A DNA stretch of 64,000 nt from Eledone cirrhosa (taxonomy: Eukaryota): positions 317,316,001-317,380,000 of the forward strand of contig OZ024741.1 in the NCBI GenBank assembly GCA_964016885.1, written 5' to 3'. Below are positions 52,528-64,000 of this stretch, piece by piece. Position 1 is the first letter of the stretch. The number at the start of each line of letters is the position of its first letter. A model generated the notes under the pieces. That model was given only the letters and a program-made list of their open reading frames with translations. It did not search any database and was not told the origin of the DNA. The position numbers were made by a program, and so were the translations under genes.

Positions 52528-54029
52528 GTTGTGTGAAGACAGCGTGGCCGAATGGTTAAGAAGTTCGCTTTGCAATCATTAGGTCCGACGTTCGATGCCC
52601 TCATCGCATCGTGCGCAAGTATGATTTAACAACAGGTCAACCCATGCCTTTTGAGTGAAAGCTTGTCGCACACGGTCATACTGAATCTTCCTGAGAATTG
52701 CGTTAACATTATTTGTGTTTGTCTTATGTGTGTATATGTATATGTGTATGTGTGTGGATATGTGAATATGAGTATGTATGGATGTGTAAGTATGGATGTG
52801 TATGTATGTGTGTGTGCGTGTGTTTATATGTGTGTGTGTGTGTACCTGTGTGCAAATCAACAGTACATCTAATGGCTGTCAGATGACATCTCCCTTAAAT
52901 CTCCTCTGTACCACGTGACGTGTTTTAGCAGCCTGTCTCTCTATATAACAACACGCGCGCCCACACACATACACCCACTAAATATATTTGACGAACATTA
53001 CATAATGGAATAACGGAATAACGGATTGGAACGGTTTAAGTGACACTACAATTTCAGATCAGCCTTCTTTTCTCCCTCTTCGTCCCTCTCTCTTTTCCTT
53101 TCTTTCTTTTTCTCTTCTTCTCTATCTATAGATTTATCTATCTAACGATCTCATCCTATCTCTCTGCAACTCTCTAACTCCCTCTCTCTCAATCCCTCTC
53201 CCTTTCTCTCTCTCTCTTACTTTCTCTCCCTCCTCTCTCTCTCCCATCCTCTTTCCCCCTCACCCTCTTCTTCCTCCTATCCTTCCCCCTCTCCCTCCTC
53301 TCTCTCTACTGGGACATTGCTAATACAAATGGATATATAGACGTATGCGTGCATTGAGAGTATGCATATGTATGTGTTTAAATGTTTGTCTATGTGCGCG
53401 TGTATGTGTGTTTGGGAGAGTGCGTATGTGTATGTGTGTGTGTGTATGTTTTATGTCATGTTACACAGTGTGTATATTTTACAAGCACGTGCGTATATGT
53501 GTGTAGGAACCTATCTGATGTTTATGTATGGATATATATACATTCGTTGAAAGAAGTTTGTTTTTATGTATGTGTACATGCCTGTGTTGTGTTTAAAGTA
53601 AGCCGTATGTTCATAATATATACATATATATTTACATGTATATACATACATATATATATATATATGTGTGTGTGTGTATGTATGTATATATATATATATA
53701 TACACATATATATATGTGTATATATATGAGTGTGTGTGTATATATATGTGTGTGAGAGTGTGCGTGCGTCTGTGTGTGTATGTGTTATTCTACACCACAC
53801 ATCGCTATTGATAAGATTACAGTCAAAGTAGATTATCTGTTCTTACAAGACATCATGGGATATATTGTTGTTATGAGGCATCATGGGATACATTTGTCAT
53901 GCGGAAAAATATACATCAACTCGGAGGGAGATTAACAAATGGATGGGGTTTATTAGTATTGTGAGGTCTGCTCTGGAATAAGCAGATACACACGAGTTAA
54001 TATATATATATACACACTTATATATATAC

Positions 54030-54117
<88 letters not shown>

Positions 54118-54314
54118 TTAAGGTACTATTTATGGTTATGTATGCAATAAAACCTTTGATGGTAATATATTATATATACACAAACCCTAAATAGTGAGAG
54201 ATAGTCATTAATTACTATCCTATTACCAGTAAGATAAATAGCTCAATGTAATAACATCAGGAGGAAACAATTGTAAGTAAATAAATGACTTAAACTGAAC
54301 TTTGATTACTGTAA

Positions 54315-54362
<48 letters not shown>

Positions 54363-54403
54363 CGAAACATAAGTCAATTGCATGAACTCATAATCCTTTA
54401 TTT

Positions 54404-54459
54404 ACTGCTATATATATTTCGATGATAGCCATTGAATGGCTATGACCTCATCAGGCAGT
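54404..54459 (-). ncRNA. Type I hammerhead ribozyme motif
   Basis: actgc-CTGATGA-ggt.atagccat/atggctat.atc-GAAA-TATATA-TA-gcagt; AATAAA follows. Confidence 0.87.
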
Positions 54460-54550
54460 TAGTCAGTTCTTAGATATGCCAGCTCTGTGTTTATAGTGTT
54501 GATGGTATCAGAGCCTTGGGACATATATATATATATATATATATACATAC

Positions 54551-56245
<1,695 letters not shown>

Positions 56246-56524
56246 TGAGCACCTCCAGCAAATTTTCATCTCGCAAAATCTATATAGACTCTAGTCTAAG
56301 AACCTTGAAACAGTGCTGTCTGGTATTATATATATATATATGGGGGGGGGGGGATAAGTAAACATATATGCTTATGTTGTTTTCAGCATGTACAGTCATT
56401 TTTACTGGGACCTTTGACTGAATAACTGACCGCCACCCTCACCATTGGAGGTGTATTGATGTTGCATATATATATATATATATGTGCGTGTGTGTATGTG
56501 TGTATGTGTGTGTGTACATATATA

Positions 56525-56670
56525 GAAGAAGAAGAAGAAGAAGAAGAAGAAGAAGAAGAAGAAGAAGAAGAAGAAGAAGAAGAAGAAGAAGAACTTTTAA
56601 GTGTAAAAAAACAAAGAAAAATAACAATAACGAAAGCGGGAACAACAACAATACTAACAGTGACATCAAT

Positions 56671-56704
<34 letters not shown>

Positions 56705-56745
56705 TTAACACTAAAAACAACAACGCTAACTATAGTAACATCATC

Positions 56746-56812
<67 letters not shown>

Positions 56813-56980
56813 CTAACAGTAACAACAACAACAACAACAAGATCAACAACGCTAACTATAACATCATCAATAACAACAACAACGCTAACTATAGCAACAT
56901 TAACAACAACACTAACAATAACATCAATAACAACAACAACAACACTAACAATAACATCAATAACAACAACATCAACACAT
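56525..56980. repeat. (GAA)n followed by degenerate (AAC)n
   Basis: Direct inspection. Confidence 0.95.
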
Positions 56981-57336
56981 AAATCCCTGTTTCAAGCTTA
57001 ACTTCTTATTTAATCTAAATCACTACGATCGATTATGTTGTTTCATAAAGGATTAGTTATTATTGTTGCTATTGTTGTTGTTATTGTTTTTATGTGCGTT
57101 ATTTGTGTGGCTTTGTTTGTTTTCCTAGTTTGTAATGTATGTGAGAAAAAGTATGGAAGAACAAGAGCAACAAAAAAAAATAGTGGTATTAATCTAATAC
57201 CTGAAACGTCGGTTCAATTAAGAGGAAGTTCAAGGGATAACTGGTAATCCGTGGTTTAACCTTGTTGTCCCTTAGAGAAGGGGCTTATTGTATGTATATA
57301 TATACATATATACTGTATATATATGTGTGTGTATAC

Positions 57337-57337
<1 letters not shown>

Positions 57338-57418
<81 letters not shown>
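57338..57418. repeat. (GATA)n with no Tx1 insertion
   Basis: Direct inspection. Confidence 0.95.
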
Positions 57419-57419
<1 letters not shown>

Positions 57420-57879
57420 TTTTTGTATTAATATGCGTATGTATGTACGGATATATTTATGTGTAAATATATATGTGTATGTATATATGTATGTATGTGC
57501 GTGTGTGTGTGTGTGATCAATAGACTAGTAAATCTTAATAACTCTGTTGTAAAATGGAAGATTTAAATAGGAAGAGAAAAGCAAAACATTATATTAAAGA
57601 AAAAAAAGATGACATTCTGTGACAAACAACTTATTGGAAATACAATAATGTATATAATCTTGTGACATGGCTCTAATGTAAATCTCATAGTGGACATGGC
57701 ATGAAAGTATTGTTAAAGGGTTCGCTTAGAAAACAGTGTGGCATCTTGGGTATGTAACATTTGCCAAGTCTTGTGTGTAGTAATGGGTAGACGAGACAAA
57801 AACACTGTGGAACCCGACGAATTGACTATATATGTGTTTCAAAAGGCCAGCCTTATCACACAGAGCCAAGTTAAATCTC

Positions 57880-58895
57880 TTTGACTGGCTGGCTGGATGG
57901 CTGCGTGGCTGGTTGGCTGGTTGGCTGGTTAGCTGGTTGGCTGGGCGTGTTTGGTTGGTTGGTTGGCTGGCTGGTTGGTTGGCTGGTCGGCTGGGTGGCT
58001 GGGTGGCTGGGTGGTTGTTTGGTTAATTGGTTGGCTGGCTGGATGGTTGGCTGGTTAGCTGGTTGGCTGGGTGGTTGTTTGGTTGGCTGGCTGGATGGCT
58101 GGATGGCTGGCTGACTGGCTGGCTGGTTGGCTGGTTGGCTGGCTGGCTGGTTGGCTGGTTGACTGGTTGTTTGATTGGCTGGGTGGTTGTTTGGTTGGAT
58201 GGCTGGTTGACTGGTTGTTTGATTGGCTGGGTGGTTGTTTGGTTGGATGGCTGGTTGACTGGTTGTCTGTTTGTTTCTTGGTTGGATGATTGTTTGGTTG
58301 GATGGCTGGTTGGCTGGTTGGTTGGTTGGCTGGTTAGTGGATGGATGCCTGGTTGTTTGATTGGCTGGGTGGTAGTTTGGCTGGTTGGATGGTTGGCTGG
58401 ATGTTTGGCTGATTCGTTGGCTGTTTTTTTTCTTGGCTGGCTGATGGGCTGGTTGGCTAACTGGATGGTTGTTTGGTTGGCTGGCTGGTTGGTTGGTTAG
58501 CTGGCTGGTTGGTTGGTTGGTTAGCTGGCTGGTTGGTTGGTTGGCTGGATGGTGGTTTGGTTGACTGGCTGGCTGGTTGGATGGCTGGTTGGTTGGCTGG
58601 TTGGCTTTTTGGCTGGCTGGTTGGCTGGTTGGCTGGTTGGCTGACTGGATGGATGGCTGATTGGTTGGTTAGCTGGTTGGTTGGTTGGCTGGCTGGTTGG
58701 GTGGTTGGCTGGCTGGTAGGATGGATGGTTTATTGGTTAGCTGGTTGGTTGGCTGGCTCGCTGGTTGGCTGGTTGGTTGTTGTTTGGTTGGCTGACTGGT
58801 TGGCTAGTTGGCTGACTGGTTGAGTGGGTGGTTGTTTGGTTATCTGGCTGGTTGGTTGGTTGGTTATTTGGCTGTTTCGATGGTTAGATGGCTGG
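57880..58895. repeat. ~1 kb degenerate (TGGY)n tetranucleotide satellite
   Basis: tggc/tggt/tgga units. Confidence 0.95.
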
Positions 58896-59038
58896 AACGC
58901 ATGCTTTCCATCGAATTGTAAGGAATTACTCCAACTTCAAATGTTGGTCTCTTTGATGTTGAGATGCACTACCAGAGGGCGAAATTTATACTACACGATC
59001 AGAGAAGAATTAAGTTAATACGACTATAAATATATAAG

Positions 59039-59121
<83 letters not shown>

Positions 59122-59449
59122 ATATATGCATGAATGTATGTATGCATGTATCTATGTTTGCATGTATGTATGTGTGGTGTGTGTGTGTATACATACATAT
59201 GTGTATGTCTGTGTATAGAAAAATCAATGAGTGAAGAATGTTTGAACGATGGATCCTGTATTGATTTGTTTTACATGCAACACAGTGTGTACGCTACTGG
59301 AATAAACGAGTGATATATGGACGACCAGCCTACGAAGGAAATGTCTTCACTGCGTGGTCATTCAATCTTCAAGGCTTACCAACTAAATCCCCCTCAAATC
59401 TCTCATCGTGTCATCGAGCCAACGGTGGGGAATTCCTTATCGTTCTTGG

Positions 59450-59785
59450 GCAGAGGTTCTTAAACTTTTTGGTCTAACTCCTCCTTCACGGCCACATAAT
59501 ACCCTCAGCGCCCCACCCCTATCTCCAGAGAGACCTATATGCAAATTATATAATAAATAAAATTGTTGATTTATATATAATAAATAATATATGTACTATG
59601 TATAAATAAATATTATATATTTTTTATTTGACTATATCTATATATATGTATCATTTGATATTTAATATACTATTATATCATCTCTACCACACTGCACACA
59701 CCACCCCCTTAGGCCCCAACGCTCCTCTGGACCTTCTCAATGCCCCACGGGGGGAACGGTAGCGCCCACATTGTGAACCTCGGTT
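59450..59785. mobile_element. hAT-like MITE
   Basis: cagaggttcttaaac ... ttgtgaacctcgg imperfect TIRs; GC-rich subterminal blocks. Confidence 0.5.
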
Positions 59786-60041
59786 CTAAGTACACGAGAA
59801 CTGGCGAAAGCGCATTTGTGAGTGTGAGAGAAATAATAATTTTTTTTTTACAAATTCACAGTTAGGAATGCAAGGGGACAAATTGGCAGAGTTGTTCAAG
59901 CGTTGTATGGAATGCTTTGTGGTAATCATTCCAGCTCCCTGCGTTCTAAGACCAAATCTTTTCGCCAAATCACCAGCTTTGGTTTGCTTTACATCCTTTC
60001 ACAGGCGATGAATAAATAAATCTATCTATTACTCTAATCGA

Positions 60042-60098
<57 letters not shown>

Positions 60099-60883
60099 AC
60101 TCACTCTCTCTCTCTCTCTCTCTCTCCCTCACTCTCTCTCTCTCTCTCTCACTCTCTCTCACTCTTTCTCTCTCGCGCTCTCTCTCTATCTATCTATCTA
60201 TCTCCCTCTCCCTCTCTTTCACTCTCTCTCTCCCTCTCTCTCACTCGCTCTCTCACTCTTTCTCTCTCGCTCTCTCTCTTTCACCCTATCTATCTAACTC
60301 CCTTTCTCTCTCTCTCTCTCTCTCTCTCCCCCTCTCTCTCTCTCTATCTATCTATCTCTCTCTCATCTCTCATTCTATGGAAGGAATCACTATGGTCAAA
60401 TCTGGTTTAAAATGCTCAAGACATCAAATGACGACGCCTCGACGACTCCATCAAGAATTACGGAATCAATAGTCAGTGATTTATGAACACAGCTATACTA
60501 AATAACATTCATTACAATATAATCAAATACATTGATTAACTACATAGCTATAATACTTTCAAAACACTTATGGCTTTGTTTAAATAATTATATCATTGTT
60601 TACGTAAGGATCTTTGGAAGACTTTGTCCGTGACTGGTTTCTAATTGTATTGTCAGCGACATTCTGCACCGGTAATCACAAGTGTCATAATTCCTGTTAT
60701 ACATACTCACATACTCACACATACACACGCGCGCACACACACACACACATTCACACACTCACACACACATACATACATACATATATATATATATATGTAA
60801 AAGGTAAACAGAAATAACAACACAGTCAGTACAGTACATGGAAGGTATATATTAGGTTAACGCTTGATATAGCAGGAAGAGAG

Positions 60884-60919
60884 TCTTAACGTTTCGGACG
60901 TTAGTCTTTCATCAGAAGA
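60884..60919 (-). ncRNA. Minimal type I hammerhead motif
   Basis: tctt-CTGATGA-a-agac(taac)gtcc-GAAA-CG-TT-aaga; palindromic AACGTT stem III; imperfect base of stem II. Confidence 0.7.
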
Positions 60920-61028
60920 ATGAGAAATAAAATAGATTGAGGGGACGGGCGGGATGGAATTGGAAAATATGTCTTTAGATAAAAATAACAGGTCCATTCA
61001 TGTTGGCATCTCTTGCAATATATATATA

Positions 61029-61825
61029 CAGTGTACCCCCGGCATTCGCTGTCCTGGCATTCGCAGTCCTGGTTATTCGCGTAATTTTCCTTAGAACCTT
61101 ACTAATAATTGCTCGTGGAAACCACCGCATATTCGCGGAATCGTAAATTTCTTACGCGATTTTTTTATGGCTTTTTTCGTGCTTTTTAAGGCTAAATTAT
61201 CAATAACAACTAGCAGAAAAACCTCCGTTCGGGTGGTTTTCTGCTAGCATGTGTAGTGTGTATATTGATATTATACGCAAGTATATATACATGTAGATAT
61301 GATACGCCAAATAAAATCGTAAATGACAATATACACAGAAATTGAAGAAAGTCTGTTACACTGTCTTATGTAATCAGTAACGTAAACCTTGATACATTAA
61401 AAAAAAGATGATATTATATATAAACTGCATTAGGAGAAAATTAGTGACAGAAAATTAGTATGTTTATTTAAGCGATCGCCACTGGAAGTGTTGACATTTG
61501 AAAATTTTAAAGAGGTGAATCTTTAAATAAATAATAAAATATATTTAATGAACAGCCACGAAATTTAGTAGATAAATTATGTAATATTCATTCATTATTT
61601 ATTCAAAGTAATCCAACTTATTTTACTAATGGGATAAAAAATTATAAATCGTACGCAGTCCCGCGCTTCTTACTTTATTATAGTTTAGATATACCGTATA
61701 TGCCGGACTTTATTTTACGTTATGTTTTGACGTTTATATGCAGTTTTATGGACTACGTCCAATATTCGCGGTTTTTCATTCTTCGTGGGGGTTACGTTCC
61801 TAGAGCACCCACCGGGGGAAAACTG
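61029..61825. mobile_element. pogo/Tigger-like MITE with nested Helitron-like repeat (61209-61690)
   Basis: ta-cagtgtacccccgg ... ccgggggaaaactg-ta. Confidence 0.6.
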
Positions 61826-61832
61826 TATATAT

Positions 61833-62160
61833 AATGGCTGCCCCTCGATATCGAGTATGGCCATTGGACGATATAACATTAATAATTATTATTTATTAAT
61901 TCTATCGTGCAATGCCTGTGCGTGAAGAATATTTTTAAAGTGAGGAAAGACTGTGCACTGAACCAATCCCACTCTCTGAGTGACAGTAGCTATAACCCGA
62001 AAAGAAGAAAAGATCAACATCATCGGTAACTACTGAGCCACAGGTTTTATGTCGGTGTTATCCCAGTTTCCTGAGTTGCTTTCTCCTAGAAGAATGCCCT
62101 GATATAGGCTAGGTCCTTCACTCCCAGTGGTTTAACCGCGCGATCGGGTATACAGTCCGA
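61833..62160 (-). mobile_element. LINE 3' end remnant (related to 26349-26617)
   Basis: Shared atggct..., aatcccactctctgag, acccgaaaag, tcaacatcatcgg and tctcctagaa blocks. Confidence 0.55.
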
Positions 62161-62245
62161 TTATTTCTATGCATATACATATATTAAATTAAACATCGCC
62201 AATACAGGCCAAAATCTATGGAAGTTATCAAAATTATACACATAT

Positions 62246-62325
<80 letters not shown>

Positions 62326-62418
62326 GAAGTAATTCCGTCGGAAAAGTCCAGGAAAAAAGAGTGCTCTATGTAGGTAACAGAGCTTAATAGTTATGTAATA
62401 AACAACATAAGGCAATTA

Positions 62419-62479
62419 TTTCATTTACCAGTGGTTTCTTAAAAGCAAACAAATTTTGCTTTCAATCATCAGAATGAAA
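62419..62479 (-). ncRNA. Type I hammerhead ribozyme motif
   Basis: tttcatt-CTGATGA-ttgaaagcaaa/tttgcttttaa-GAAA-CC(act)GG-TA-aatgaaa. Lies in a 62322-62660 module with a ~40 bp direct repeat at each end. Confidence 0.9.
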
Positions 62480-62659
62480 ATATCCTGGTGTAAAGGTCCA
62501 TGGTGTATGTTGGTTAAATTCCTGAAAACTGTAGAGTGCTCAACTAATCGGACTGAAAAGTGCCAATCGTATATGTAATATAGAATATGCTTCAATCAAT
62601 CCCGGTTGGAGCTGTATAAATGAAGTAATTCCGTCGGAAAATTTCAGGAAAAAAGAGTG

Positions 62660-62695
<36 letters not shown>

Positions 62696-63256
62696 GTGTG
62701 AATGTATGTATAGTATATTTTGCAATATACCGTATGTTTAATTTAAAACATTTAGAAGACCATACGCTATCAGTTTTAAAGTAGTGACAATGTCACTTAC
62801 TTCTTTTCGGCGAAAGAAGGGAGAGAAGCTGACAGTCTGTTTCACACTGGCTGGCGTTCATCGGAGCCACGTACTCCCCTGCTTTCGCCGAAAATTATAG
62901 AAGCTGGATTCTTATAGAATTCCAGTAATAATCAGTATATGTTGCACATTTTAGAGCCCATTCTGTATTTATTTCTAGTGGTAACTTTTAACGTATTTAA
63001 CTCTGTTTCTGTCGGAAGACTCCCGTAAATTTTCCGGCCCATTCTTTGATTTGTTATCGTCTGTCATGTATCTTACCAAAAGAGTGGTTTTCCAACCTGT
63101 TGCGCATTCTGATAATACAGCAAGGTCGCTGACGAAGTACAACTACAGTTTGCTATTTGTCTTGTGTAACTGCTTTTCTGTGTGCTTTTCGTGATTATAT
63201 TGATATATGAATACATATATATGTATATGTGTTTATATATATATATATATGTGTGT

Positions 63257-63340
<84 letters not shown>

Positions 63341-63391
63341 TTATATATATATATATATACATATATATAAGTATATATATATATGTATAAG

Positions 63392-63446
<55 letters not shown>

Positions 63447-63463
63447 ATATATATATATACATA

Positions 63464-63514
<51 letters not shown>

Positions 63515-64000
63515 GTGTATAAATATATATATATATACATACATATATGCACATATATATTTATTTATACATATACATACATACATACATACATACATAC
63601 ATACATACATACATACATACATACATACATACATACATACATACATACATACATACATACATACACACGTATATATAAGAAAACTGGCAGATATGCTTAA
63701 CGTTGGAGTAGTTATTGATTATTTCGTAAAACTGTACTCAATTGACCGATTGTTGCATAACTAGGAGAATGTAAAATTTATGGATAATGGTTATATGATG
63801 GTGGATAGAAGAAGAAGAAGAAGAAGAAGAAGAAGAAGAAGAAGAAGAAGAAGAAGAAGAAGAAGAAGAATGCTTAATAACGTTGACGAGAACGTATATT
63901 GCTGAAGATCGTTCTGTTATACGATGTAAGAAATAGAGGTGTGTGTAAGAGTATCTCCCTCTCTCTCTCTATCTATCTATCTCTCTCTCTCTCTCTCTCT

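Noticed and set aside
56439-58823. Poly-E/T/N and WLVG/WLAG-repeat ORFs
   Set aside because: Translations of (GAA)n, (AAC)n and (TGGY)n repeats; no non-repetitive coding context.

Overview
AT-rich, microsatellite-dense eukaryotic DNA with no recognisable host gene. The SINE families resemble those of octopod cephalopods (inference). Nearly all non-simple sequence derives from retroelements. (1) Six minus-strand Tx1/L1-clade non-LTR copies lie head-to-tail at (GATA)n tracts (3460-15672); one is full-length with two open ORFs. A seventh Tx1 copy lies at a (TAA)n tract (39259-44717). (2) Four R4/Dong-like RLE-type elements cluster around (TAA)n tracts (31.9-48.3 kb). (3) Penelope-like remnants carry about a dozen type I hammerhead ribozyme motifs, several in fold-back inverted repeats, including a ~3.2 kb palindrome. 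(4) RTE, CRE, SINE, MITE and Helitron-like fragments fill much of the rest. The most novel signal is that Tx1 ORF2 is bracketed by a conserved G|GTAAGT donor just upstream of its start (3/3 copies) and a pyrimidine-rich TAG|GT acceptor-like site at its stop codon (6/6 copies), as if ORF2 were a removable intron. All alignments and folds were done by eye, so element boundaries are approximate.
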